From contig CM119266.1 of assembly GCA_051294375.1 (NCBI GenBank), forward strand, positions 6,713,431 to 6,777,430: a DNA stretch of 64,000 nucleotides, read 5' to 3'. Below, one piece after another: positions 1 to 12,600 of the stretch. Below the pieces are notes generated by a model, which was given only the letters and a program-made list of their open reading frames with translations, searched no databases and had not been told where the DNA came from. The DNA comes from Paraspadella gotoi. Taxonomy: Eukaryota > Animalia > Chaetognatha. The translations under genes and the position numbers were made by a program. Numbering within the stretch: the first letter of the stretch is position 1; each line of letters opens with the position of its first letter.

Positions 1-768
1 CCTATTTAGTTTATTGCTCACTTAATGGCACACAAAAGCTTCACACTCCTGTAAAATTGTATATGTAAAATAAATATAATTTAGATTACGTAATACGTAA
101 CATTCTCTCTTGCTGTGAGAAAAAGAGAGAGGCCCAGGGTTATCAAAGCCGCAGCCTCGGCAGCTTTTTCTCAGTAGCATCAGCGACGCGCGCCCAGGGC
201 GACGCAGCTCCGACCCGGCGACGCAGATCCCGGGCGCGTCGCCTCCGCAGCCGCCGGATGCGTTCGTTCTCTCTCTCTCTCTCTCTCTTTCTCTCTTCCT
301 CTCTCTCTCTCTCTCTCTGCCCAGCTCGCAGCCCAAAGAACATGTGTCCACAAAAACAAACCCAGAGACTGAGCGCGATTTTTTCCCTATTTCGGAATTT
401 TTCGAAAATTTTCGACGAAATGATTTTTAGAAATGAATTACAAAAAATATTTTTAAATTTACATTGTTATTTTTAATTCCTCACACTATTTCCACTTCCG
501 TAGAATTTATTATTTTCTCTATTTTTCGTATTGTAATCCTCGAAATAATTTTACCGTAAAGATCATTTTTTTATGACATTGGTACAATCATTACATGAAA
601 ATATCAAAACAAGGTTATGTTGGATTAAGGCCTCCATCCCTGTTGCAAGATAATAACGTTCTAGTTATTTAACTATCAGAGAGTATTAAGTGTTCCGCAG
701 TAGAATAAAAACACAAGCAGATTGTAGTGATGTAATACACGTTTGATATGACTCTTCCTTCCATCAGC

Positions 769-1015
769 GCCGTAATAGCGCACTGGGCTAACACACCAAC
801 TCCGAACCCAATGGTCAAGGGTTCTAGCCCTGGTCGAAACAGTCCTTGCAAAAAGATTGACGGGCCGGTTAAACCACCGGTAGCAAGCCTACCGCCGGAG
901 CCGAAGTTCCAGAAAGCAAGGCAACTGACAGAAAAATCTCCCAGACCCAATGGGAACACTAAGTGTGGGAGCTATCCCCACATTGAGAGTCATGGCAACC
1001 CTCTCAGTCACTTCA
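769..1015 (+). mobile_element. tRNA-derived SINE
   Basis: A box TAGCGCACTGG (776) and B box GGTTCTAGCCC (820). The body (TGACGGGCCGGTTAAACCACCGGTAGCAAGCCT...CTAAGTGTG...GTCACT) recurs in diverged form at ~54220-54390. Confidence 0.7.
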
Positions 1016-4000
1016 AGCTGACAAATGTTATGATAACTAGGATGTCACTATATTTAGCTCTTCTAATTTTACTTTTACATATTTATCAATAACCTTCAGT
1101 TGCTTTTGCTGAGAAGAAAAACCCTCAGCTCTACTTGAGGCTCAAGTCTGTAAACTGAGATGTTTACGAAACTCAAACTGGTAGAAATGTTTAACAAATC
1201 TGATTGATTTTTCTACGTTAAAAAAAACTTAAAGAACATATCCTTTAATCTTCGATACTGATATCACATGCTGCCTCATTCTACGTAATTTTCTTCTTTT
1301 GACCTTCTGTAACTCTCTTGTTGTAAATGCCATTAAAAACTGATATAATACTAAACTTGCTCAAGCGTTTCACTTAAGACGGATCACTACTATCGTTTCT
1401 TGGGCTGTTCGCTTTGACCAGAGGGTTAATTGAAAGCTTCCTGTGGACTAAAGTTGCGGGGGTTGTTTTAGACTGGATTTAAAGTGGTTATTTTCGGCGT
1501 CGAGGGAGATTGCCTTTATTGGTGACAATTTGCAACACCTGGCCTTTGAATATGCCCATTTTCTGTCAAAAAATTGCTCCACCTGGAGCTCTATTAATAA
1601 AAATACAAATTCCAATGGAAGCTTAAAAGACATTCCTCAGAAAGAGAAAAAATGATGAGCACTCTCTTCTCTGTTTCTCTCGCTCTTTCTCCCTTTGGCA
1701 AGTGGCAACGCGGAATCACGCAACGCGGTCAAAGAGTTCGTTGACCTCATCTGACCAAATGGCTTCCGCTCTTTCCCTCGATCATTTTTTTTCTCTCTCC
1801 GCCGAAAAAAAACCATTTTTCTGTTTCTCTCGTTTCATCTTCAGTCAGGCAGGCAGTGTCGGCCGCTCCTTTTTGCCGAATGCGAATCGAGCTTGTATAA
1901 CGCCCGAGGGATTTCCCCGGTTTCTGAGTTTCTCCCAATATGGATTTTCTGGCCGCGAAATGGAATTTTGTTTGTCATCGTGTCGGCAGGGTCGCGAGAT
2001 TCGGCGGCAGCTTTGGCGGCGTTGTCTTCTCGTCGGCTTCTTAGCCGGAAGAGGAACGTGACTTTTGGAATTAGGGGGGAAAGCCCAGAGTTGGGAATGA
2101 AAAGAAGCGAGAACGAAGGAGTGTCTTTGAAGGGCGTGTCGATTGAAAGAGAAATTTGTGAAATGTGTGTTTGTAATTCGCCCGGATAATATTGTTAAAA
2201 AATGTCAAAAAATGTAAAATTAATGATAATTGTTTGTAAATAAATTAGATGGTATATTTTAAAATTTCTAACGTGACAAGTGCTGATTGTGATCAGGTTG
2301 CTTTCCAGAATTTGTTGGCCAAAAATTAGATTTGAACCCGTATTATCGATGATTGTCAATTACCGTTTGCCGCAAGTTTTCAATCAACTTTTCTTCTGCA
2401 GATAGTAAAATTACAGTATGGGAATAAATATTACTAACCATTTATGCGGAATTTAATTATTTCGAAAACGTTTTTTTTTCTCTTTTGTTGACAGAGATTG
2501 TTTCGTGTTGGGAAAGTCAGAAATGGAAGTAAAGTGAAAAAAAGCGGAAAGAAAAGGTCGTGACTATACGGTTATAAAGGATGAGAGCGAAAGATGAGAA
2601 ATTCAATCGTGAATTCGTGAAAAGTAAAATATGAATTTATTTCTGGTATAAAAAGACTTTCACTGAGGATTGAAGAAAGAAAATTGCGTATTCTTGCGTC
2701 GAGGTAGGAAGGTGTGTGGAGGGGGTTGATGACGGGATGTGGAAGGGGTGCGGATGGAATGTGAAAGGGGCGAGGACGGGATGTGGAAGGGGCGAGGACG
2801 GAATGAAACGAAGTGAAAAAAATAATTTGATGAGAAAAAATTGGAAAAGCGTCGAGGTCAGCGTGAGCCGTGAGGCGAAATTGATAAAAATGGAAAATTG
2901 AGTTGTGAACTGCGGAATGGAAAAGTGACAACCGCACAACTCATCCGCGAAAACTAGTGTAGTTAAATAATTTAATTGATTGAAGGTCAATTAAAATTGT
3001 ATCAATGGTCAAGAAGTGAACGAAGACGCTTAGTTTTAGTGAAAGAAAGTAGCAGTGATGATCACAATGAAAGTCGAAAGAAAGGGAAAGAAAAACGAGA
3101 GAAGAACAAGTTTGGAATGAGAATGAGTTGGATTAAAAAACTTGACACAATTGCGTATGAGCTTTTCTTATCTCGTCGATTTCAGGCTTAATCTTCAAGG
3201 TTTATGTATCTTTTGCTCCGACCGAACTTAATGCAAACATTGGAGAGATAACAAGATTGTGTTTTCTTTTTAAAGATTTAAAATTAGCCTTTCAAGCCTC
3301 CGCCTGTGTAGTGTGTAGTGTGTAGTCTTCGAGTAAATTCACGTTTACCGGCCAAATTCAACCACGATTAAAAAAACTACACGAGAGCGAAACAGATCAA
3401 TATCAAAGTGGCTCTTGAAAATTCGCTGTAGTTTTAACCAGAAAATCAAATCCTCTTCAATTTCGACTGAGCTTTATTTATTTCGTCCCTCCCACGAAAA
3501 AAAAAAAAAAATCGAGCGAAATTTACATTCTGTTTTTTCCTCGTTGATCAATTTTGTTTCGACAATCAGCTTCTTCGATCATCGCGAGTCAGTTTAGAAA
3601 TAAATGTCAGCGAAGATTTCGTACGAAATTCCAGTTCAATCTTTTCGATCTTCGTGTTTACGATTGATCTCTCTCGAATCGATATTTGAGTTGGACAAAT
3701 TATCTCCGCGTTTTAACCCCTCGATTGAAAAAAACCTCATCGAAATATCTTATTTAAAAAAAAAAAAAGAAGTCCCCTCGCGCTCTCGGGAAGTCGTGGT
3801 CTTTCGAAATTGTTTATATTTTCTCTCCGATGATGAGAGAGAAAAATATCGATCCATCGATCGGTCCGCGTTTTCCTCTTAGAGATTTCTTTCGGCTTAG
3901 GATTTTGTTTCCGTTTCCATGACGACAGCAGGAAACGCTTTTCAAGTTTCTTAACCCCGCGGCCATAGAACTTGTGCTCGCTTTTTCCGCGACAGTCTGT

Positions 4001-4464
4001 AATGTGTAACTTGGAGTTAGTGGCTTTCTTCAGCTTTGTTTTTTTTGGTGAATTTGGGGTTCTTTCACGATTGCATCGTAGAAATATTCATCCTTGACGT
4101 CCCTCAATTTTTTTTTTAGAAAGAGAATGTCCGCAGCCACAAATATTTTTTGTTGTCGCTGAGGACGACGACGACGACGACGACGATGAAGATGAATTCG
4201 ATCGAAAATAGAATCAGCAGAATCAGCGGATTTTTTCTCCCGTCGAAGTTAAAACTGTGAAGAGAAACACTTTTTATTTCGCGTCACGAGACGAAACCTC
4301 GAATCCGTCACACGCCAACTGGGATCGACAAAAAATTTTTTAAAAAACTCGATTTGTGAAGAAAAAAAATCGGTTTCCATCTCCCATCTGACGTCCTTCG
4401 GTCTTTGGCGCGGCGTTGCTGACCCACGAGGCCCGCGGCGCCATGAGGGCGCGGCTGCGGCGCC

Positions 4465-7400
4465 ATGTTGATCAAAGAGTACCGCATCCCTCTGCCCCTT
4501 TCGGTCGAAGAGTATCGCATAGCGCAGCTTTACATGATACAAAAGAAGAGCCGCCAGGTGAGAGAGAATAATACTAGTTTTTATTTGCATTCGGTTTTAA
4601 TTTTTGTTTTTGTTGTTTTTGTTGCTGCGGTCATATCGTGCGTTTTATATTTTAATTTTGCGAAATATTTCAACGCTGCAGCGAATTCAAATTTATTATA
4701 CGTATAAAAAAATTGATAAACGTATAGTTAAATGATGTGTTCTGACTAAAACCTCACCTCAGAAAATTAATAACGTACTAACGTAGGTCTATCTTGATGA
4801 AAGAAAAAATAATTTAAACTTATTTTTAGTGTTATTTGCCAATCTGTAAGTGAATCGTTTAACACTTAGCCGTCACTGATAGCGCATTGTTCGTTTCCGT
4901 GAAATTTCTAAAGAATTGTTCATTAAAAAAATTCTCACATTATCATCTTCCATCCTGCGGTTTTTACAGGAAACTCGAGGCGAAGGCAGCGGCGTTGAAA
5001 TCCTCATCAATGAGCCATACGCCTCGGGCCCCGGCGGCACAGGCGGGCAGTATACGCGCAAGATTTATCATGTGGGCAGCCACCTGCCGGGCTGGATCCG
5101 CCCAATCCTGCCACGCTCCGCTCTCATGGTCGAGGTAAACATTGTTTTACTAAACAAGGATTTATGTCTGGCGCCATCTGCTCCGCTTGGATTTTTTCCT
5201 CTCCGCTCGAAGCAAACAAAAGGAAATCAATCTCTTGTCCTCTTTATTCAGGAAGAAGCTTGGAACGCTTATCCCTACACCAAGACTCGCTACACTTGTC
5301 CTTTTGTGGAGAAGTTCTCTCTGGAGATAGAGACGCGATACTTGAGCAATGGAGGCCAGACTGAGAATGTCTTCAATCTCTCGTCGAAGGAGATTAAGAA
5401 TAGGGAGGTGAGAAATGGGGTTGGCGAAATGGATGGGTGGCTAATGGGATAGGGGAAAAGAATGCTGGGATTGGGGAATAGAAGGGATTTTGAGTTAAAT
5501 GGTTAGGGGGATAGAAGGATGGTAGAAAGATGGGATTGGGGGAATGAAAGATGGGATTGGGGAATGTAACGAATGGATGGGGAATGAAAGATGGGATTGG
5601 GGGAATGTAAGAATGGATTGGGGGAATGAAAGATGGGATTGGGGGAATGAAAGATGGGATTGGGGAATGAAAAGAATGGATTGGGGAAGTAAGATGGATT
5701 GGGGAATGTAAGATGGATTGGGGAATGAAAGAATGATTGGGGAAATGTAAGAAAGGATTGGGGAATGTAAGAATGGATTGGGGAATGTAAGAATGGATTG
5801 GGGAATGTAAGAATGGATTGGGGAATGAAAGAATGGATTGGGAATGAAGTGGGATTGGGGGAATGTAAGAAGGGATTGGGGAATGAAAAGATGGGATTGG
5901 GGAATGTAGAAATGGATTGGGGGAATGAAGAATGGATTGGGGAATGAAAGATGGGATTGGGGAATGAAAGAGATGGGATTGGGGAATGTAAGAAGGGATT
6001 GGGGGAATGAAAGATGGGATTGGGGGAATGAAAGAGTGAGGGAAGGATAATTTTGCTGTGAATGACAATGTGTTTGAAGAGAACGCACAAAAACAGCATC
6101 TTGTTTACCAAAAGAATAATGAGTCTTTGTTGCATTGACGAATAAGATTGGATTAGAAAAGATGGGATTATAAGACGAAAATAAGATAGTTGTGTATATA
6201 AATAAAAATTATTGGGAAAGGGAAAATGTGTATTATATTTATTGTGCGTCTATATTGATAATATGTAAACCAAATTTGACTCCGCTACTTATTATATTAA
6301 ATCGTATTCTATATTGTACAACGTGCATAAAAGGTGTAACAACAGACGAGCTCTTTTGAATTTCTATTTTCCGTCGTGAAGAAAAAACTTGGATAAAGGA
6401 TCGGAAAATGGGAAAGAGAAATAGAGATAGAAAGTTAGTATAGTTAAAAAGAAAGGAAAAGAAACACGCAGAAGGGAAAGTGACTATCTGGTCGTTCTAT
6501 TGATGGAATTTCTCTGCCATTTTCTTTTCTCTTTGTTTTTCTTCTTCGATTCAAATTGTTCTTCTTCTGTCAAATTGTTTCTTTTATTTCAGAAAAACAA
6601 GGAACGGTTATTCCAAGTGTTGCGCCGCATTACTTATCTTTTTACTTCTTATATCATTTATTCTTTATAGTTTATAAGATTTCTTTAAAAACGGACATAC
6701 CGAGGGACCGACCGACGGACCGTCCGACCGAAAAGTGACTTATAGAGTTGCTCCGCGAGTACTCGCGGTGCATCTAAAAAAAATTTTCGTATCTCTTATT
6801 GGATGTTTTTTTTCTAGTCGCGTTGAGACGCGACTCTATCAGACGCCTTTCTGTCTGTCGGTGTCTAAACGTAATGTTAAGACACCGACGAGAAAGAAAA
6901 ATGTTACGTAAAAAGGTTTGATGGTCTGAATTACTCATTTTCGGAGCGCGAATGAAAAAGAAGCAAATAGGAAAAGGAGGAAGAGGAACCGCAGCAGCAG
7001 AAGCAGCAGGAGCAGCAGGAAAATCATCAGAAAGAAAGAATGATGGATCCGGCTGATTGAGCGATCAATTAGTCCTTATTTTCATCCCATGGTTTTCCTT
7101 TTTACATTCCATCTCCCCCTGTCCCTCCCCCTTCTAAAAGGTGGACTTGGTCGACATGGTCAACGACCAGATGTGGGCCTCAGATTATCTGGAGGCCGAA
7201 GACCCCGTTTTCTACAAGTCGGAGAAAACGGGCAGAGGACCACTGGGGCAGAATTGGATCGCCGAGGCCCCCACCGTCATGTGCGCTTACAAGCTTTGCA
7301 AAGTGAGTGGAACGACGTTAGGGGCCGGTGGTGATTGGTAGATTTTATTTGCTTGCTCATAATTATTAAAATAATGATTTGGTTAAGTTTACAAATCTAT

Positions 7401-7843
7401 TGACATCACTTTTATTGATGGCAATCATGAGGAATAATTTCCGTATTAATCATTATTATTGATTTAATAATTATTTCACTTCGGTTACACAAGTTCAGAA
7501 ATTAAATGAATTTAAGTAAATTAATTTGTTACCTTCAATACAAAAATGATCTATTCATTCAGCCATCCTGTCCATGATTTTGGACTCTGGACAAGATAAT
7601 AACTTGGCATGTGATTTTTTACCATGCTTCCTTCGGCAGGTTGAGTTCCGCTACTGGGGCATGCAGAGCAAATTGGAGAAGTTCATCCACGACGTCGGTC
7701 TCCGGAAGACGATGCTGCGCGCGCATCGTCAGGCGTGGGCGTGGCAGGACGAGTGGGTCGGACTCACCATCGCTGACATCCGTCTCCTCGAACTCGAAGC
7801 TCAGGAGGAATTGGCCGAAAGGATGAGGGAGTTCGCTAGAAAT
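4465..7843 (+). CDS. rdgB: Membrane-associated phosphatidylinositol transfer protein (PITPNM/rdgB/Nir), exons 1-5 encoding the N-terminal PITP domain
   Basis: GT-AG exons 4465-4557, 4970-5134, 5252-5407, 7141-7302 and 7640-7843 splice in frame: MLIKEYRIPLPLSVEEYRIAQLYMIQKKSRQ|ETRGEGSGVEILINEPY...|EEAWNAYPYTKTRYTCPFVEKF...|...MCAYKLCK|VEFRYWGMQSKLEKFIHDVGLRKTMLRAHRQAWAWQDEW. These are hallmark class II PITP motifs. Confidence 0.96.
5470..6035 (+). repeat. ~20-bp G-rich minisatellite (GGGGAATGWAAGAWKGGATT)n in PITPNM intron 3
   Basis: About 25 visible tandem units. Confidence 0.93.
6595..6782 (-). mobile_element. DINE-1/HINE-like (Helentron-associated) non-autonomous element, copy 1
   Basis: Minus strand: TTTTTAG, hairpin CCGCGAGTACTCGCGG, TATAAGTCACTTTTCGGTCGG, a GTCG microsatellite, then ATGCGGCGCAACAC...ACCGTTCCTTGTTT. 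The same family occurs at 36622 and 38525. Confidence 0.62.
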
Positions 7844-7882
7844 GTGAGACTCTTCCTCTCTCTCTCTCTCTCTCTCTCTCTC

Positions 7883-8976
7883 AATAAATGTAAGCAAATC
7901 AATCGCATTAAATATATTAATTAATTAGAAAATATATGACCTATCAATCCAAAATGTCATTCATATCAATTCATTAAAATCAAATAGAAAAATGCATCGA
8001 AAAAATTATATTTAAAACAATGATGAAACTAATTCATTCCAAACAAAAATATCCAAAACAACACAGATATTTTTTCCCCCTTGAACCAAATGGCGATTCT
8101 CACTGGAAGGAATTGAGTCGTCGTCATCATCCATGAGCGATTGCGCGCGCATCCTCCACGAGAGGCCCTCCACGTCGACCTCCAGCGCTGCGTCGATGGC
8201 CGCGTAACGCGCCGCGCTGTCGCTGGACACGCGGCGCAGGCGCCGGACTCGCGTTCCCAGAGGCGCCGCCGCTGCCCGACGCCCGGATGGCACCGGCGTT
8301 GGATCGCTCGTGAGAGGCGGATGTGGGAGCGCGCGCGGTGGGCGTGGAGAGTCGGCGTCTTTCCTGAAAAAGGTAGAAGGAGAGAAGTGGGCGGAGGTAG
8401 AGAAGAGTGCGACGGGGAGAGGAGGTGGAGAAGAGTGGGTGGGGAGGGAGAGAGTGGGTGGAGGGAAGGAAGGTGGGGGGAGGAGAGAAGCTAGGGGTGG
8501 AGGGTAGAGAAGGTGGGGAGAGGTGGGGAGAGAGAGGAGGTGGAGGAGCAAAAGAAGTGGGGTGGAAGAGAGAAGGTGGGGTGGAGTGTTGAAAGAGAGA
8601 ATGGTGAGGATAAAGATGGGGTGGAGGAAGTAAGGTGGGTTGAGGAGGAGAGGGAGCGGAATGAGGATAAGAAGGGATGAGAAAAGATTGATAAAGAAAA
8701 CAAAAAAGGCTGAAAAATATTGAGCCATATGAAACTAAAAAAGAAATTAATCATTCAGTGAACTAATTATATTGCTTTAATCAAAATATTTGCGCTTTTC
8801 GAAATACGAAAAAAGGTACGTAATTAGATTTTGGCTTTTGCTAATATTTGTGTGTGTGTGTGTGTGAGAGAGAGAGAGTCTCACATTTCTGTGTGTGTGA
8901 GAGAGAGAGAGAGAAGAGAGAGAGACTCACATTTCTGTGTGTGTGTGTGAGAGAGTCTCACATTCTGTGTGTGAAG

Positions 8977-9012
<36 letters not shown>

Positions 9013-9221
9013 AGAGAGAGAGGAGAGAGAGAGGCTGAAAAAATATGAGCCAAAACTAAAAAAGAAATAATCATTCATGAATTAATTATTGCAAATCAAA
9101 ATAGTTGCGGCTTTTCGAAATACAAAAAAGGTACGTAATTAGATTTTGGCTTTTTGCTAATATTTGTGTTGTGTGTGTGTGAGAGAGAGAGAGAGAGAGG
9201 TCTCACATTCTGAGTGGGTGT

Positions 9222-9255
<34 letters not shown>

Positions 9256-9286
9256 GAGAGAGTCTCACATTTCTGAGTGTGTGTGT

Positions 9287-9317
<31 letters not shown>

Positions 9318-9657
9318 AGAGAGAGAGCAGAGAGAAGAGAGTCTCACATTTCTGAGTGTCGTGTGTGNNNNNNNNNNNNNNNNNNNNNNNNNTCTCTCTC
9401 TCTCACACACACACACACAAATATTAGCAAAAAGCCAAAATCTAATTACGTACCTTTTTTCGTATTTCGAAAAGCGCAAATATTTTGATTAAGCAAATAA
9501 TTAATTCATGAATGATTAATTTCTTTTTTAGTTTCTGGCTCAATATTTTTCAGCCTTTTTTTTTGGAGTCGGTTCTTCCTGAAAAGGGTAGAGGAAAGGT
9601 GGAGGAAGAAGGTGGGTAGGGAGGAGAGAAGATGGGTGGGAGGTAGAGAAGGTGCGG
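7883..9657. repeat. Extra inverted and stuttered copies of PITPNM intron 5 / exon 6 / start of intron 6 around an N gap
   Basis: 7883-~8400 repeats 19208-~19700. 8710-8890 is repeated at 9033-9210. AGTCTCACATTTCT (reverse complement of the exon-5 donor AGAAAT|GTGAGACT) recurs with variants about six times in 8875-9355. 9393-9560 is the same intron piece in the opposite orientation. Confidence 0.88.
9368..9392. other. Assembly gap (25 N)
   Basis: Run of 25 N. Confidence 0.99.
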
Positions 9658-9682
9658 NNNNNNNNNNNNNNNNNNNNNNNNN
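9658..9682. other. Assembly gap (25 N) at the outer edge of the inverted duplication
   Basis: Run of 25 N immediately before the left arm. Confidence 0.99.
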
Positions 9683-12600
9683 AAGAGTGGGAAAATAAGA
9701 ATTAGATAGTTGGTTGAGGGAAATAGAAGAACGCAGACGATAAAGTATAAAAAAAAAAAAAAACAAACAAAAAAAATCACAAAAGAATTTGAATTTACGA
9801 ATCAGGATCCGGAGAGATGAAAGCAGATGAAAGTTATGAGAGTTTGCCATCGCTGTGAGATGAAAATGAAAGCGAAAATGAAGTAGTGAACAAGACAGTT
9901 GAAAACAAATTAAAATGAAAATGGCAACGAGCGAGTGGCATCGACGAGCGCGATTCGACCACATATATATACAGATGGACGCAGTGACAGTGATAAACAT
10001 TTTCGTGCGAATTCAAAACTCGAACTGCGAAAAAGCGGGAGACGATCACGTTGAAAGAAAAGAGAAAAAAAAAAGAAAAAGAAAGAATGAATGAACGGGA
10101 ATAGGAAGGAAACACGGGAAGGGGGGGAGGGGTGTGGGAAATAGAAAACAAGGAAAAGGGATGGAGGAAAATGAAAAAAAAAATGGGTAGAAAGAAATCA
10201 AAATGAAAAACCATTCTTCGAATTGGCGAGAAAAGAGAAAGCGGGAGGAGGTTTAAATCTATTCTTAGAAAAAAAATACTGCAATTTAAATTCGTACCTT
10301 GGCTTATTTTGTAGCGTTGACGTCCCGTCTCCGTCGTGAGTGACGCTAAATGCGACGCGTAACGTCGCTTATGAAATTCGCTTGTTGACTAAAAAAAAAA
10401 AAAAAGGTACAAATAGATGTCATTATTATTAGCGCAACGATAAAAAAACAAATGATCATGTCCGCGAACAGAAGCGTTGATTGAAAGACGAAGCCAATTC
10501 CCAAATTGGCGCCTCGCCAGAGTGTCGCCGAATGAGTTAGTTGAAAGGAAACTAGACTTCAACAAAAGGCGTCGTAATTAAGACTAATATCTCGCGGTTG
10601 AGAAAGGTTAAACGAGTACGCCGAAGCGATCAAGAATTTGCAGCGGAGGAAAATATTTAATTACCTATATTTAAAATTAAATAATAATAATAAATACATA
10701 AGTGTGCCTTATTCCAGCTCAATAATTATAAAAAGTCTTGATTAAAACTGACCTGTTCTTTGACGCTTTTCCTACGACGAAGATGCCAGAGGGCTGAATG
10801 TGGACGCCCTGATAGACAGCGATGGTCTTTCGCGATCCGTAGGCGGCCTGTCAAAAAGATCATAAAAAGTTAAACTTGAATCTAACTAAAACAAAGAGGG
10901 CGCTACAATTAAACGCGTCAAGAAATTATAAAAATCATCGCAGTTTTCTGAAGACGACGTCGCTTGCCATCTTAAGTCCCCACAACGTTCCTCCGCCGTC
11001 GCAACGCCACAAACCAACGCATCTAAATTATCTCCATGTACCACAATCCACTGCATCAACTATCCGTCACTTGATGACGATTTAGCCATCGTCCTTGAGC
11101 CGCTGGAGGAAGACGAGCTTCTGCCTCAGCGGGTCGTGGAGAGTCCGTCCATGAAGACGACCATCCCTGGGGGAAGTTGTGCTGCGCAACCAGAACGACC
11201 TCGCTCTGCATGTCGGTCGCGCACCGGATGTAGATGATGAGGTAGCCTAAGTCTCTCCAGAATCTGACGACGTCGATTGCGCCGGCGCGGACTTGGGTCT
11301 TTTCCCCAGATGGAGACGGAGGCGGTGAAGGAGCCGTCGATGGAGAAGACGACGCATGTCGGTTCCGGGAGGCAGAAACCGTCAGTAAAAGTCCACGCAA
11401 GTGTGGTCGCCGCGACCACCATCTTCACGGGTACATGCCCTTGAAGGATGAGCAATGGAAAAATTAACCCCAAAATAATAGATTTTAAATATTATACGTC
11501 GTAGTAACAAATCTTACACAATCTCCCCACTTTGGGAAATCAATGAAACTTATATTCATCTGCCTTTAATGCTTTAAAGTCTATCCAACCTCCACCGCCT
11601 ACTCGGAACCCTCGCTCTTTCTTCTTCCCATCCCTCAACACCCGCCAACACCCTCCAAACCCAATCAACCTGTGAAGCCTCTTCTCCGGCGAGACTCGAA
11701 GGCGATCCTCCAGTGAATCCGTCAGCGCATCCCGAAATAGACCAATCTCCGGTGGCTGGGCCGACTGGATGTGGACGTCCACCTTCTCCCCGGTGAGCGC
11801 ACCATGTCCAGGGGTCCGTACATGAAGCGGACCCTGGAGGATCTGTCGCCGTTCTCACGCAGATGACATCGTTGCGCGATGGTTCGCTCGTCACGTCTTT
11901 AGTTTTACTAAACAGGGTGAGGAATGAGAAATGGATGGAGGGTGGAGAAATTTCAAAATGAGATTAAGTTCATAATCTATTTGCATATAGTGATAAATAC
12001 TAAAGTGTCATGGGTTTCATTTAAAATTTCTTTTATATGTGTTAAATTATTGACTCAATGATCCTGAACTGGCTCTGAACATATTCGTAACTCATAACTC
12101 ATTTATCGAGACAAATTGTAATGAATAGTCGGCTTGAATCAAAGATGTACATTCATGTGAGAGAAACGAAACAAGTTTTCTAACCCGTCTTCTCTTCCTC
12201 ATCCACTTTTCTCTCGCTTGACCCGGTTTTGAAGGAAGGGCCTTTCGCGGTTGGAGATTATCAGTCGCGACGGCGTCTTCAGTCACGGTGCAGACGCTGC
12301 TCTCGTTCAGGGGATCCAATTTAAAATCTTGAAACGGAGAGAAGTGTTGAGAAAATTTCTCATGTCTCTCTGTCTCTCTCTTTCTCTCTCTTACGTCCAC
12401 ACCACACTTTCCTCGAAGATAGCGAACCTGACGGATGACGAAGAGCTGTGACGTCGTAGGATTCCCAGTAGGAGGCGTGGAGAGAGGTGAGGCAGCGCCG
12501 CCGCAGGAAAGTTGCCGCAGTGCTCTGCGTGAGTAAAGCGCGAGTCGAGTGCGCCTGACCTTCCCACCTTGGGAAGGGAAGAATAAGTAGATAATAAAAC

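Noticed and set aside
140-2200. Short ORFs and GC-rich patches at the window start
   Set aside because: I found no recognisable protein motif or consistent splice structure. They may be UTR or promoter sequence of a neighbouring gene, but no call can be supported.
5394-6135. Three overlapping 197-224 aa minus-strand ORFs
   Set aside because: They are translations of the 20-bp minisatellite, low-complexity and open in all frames.
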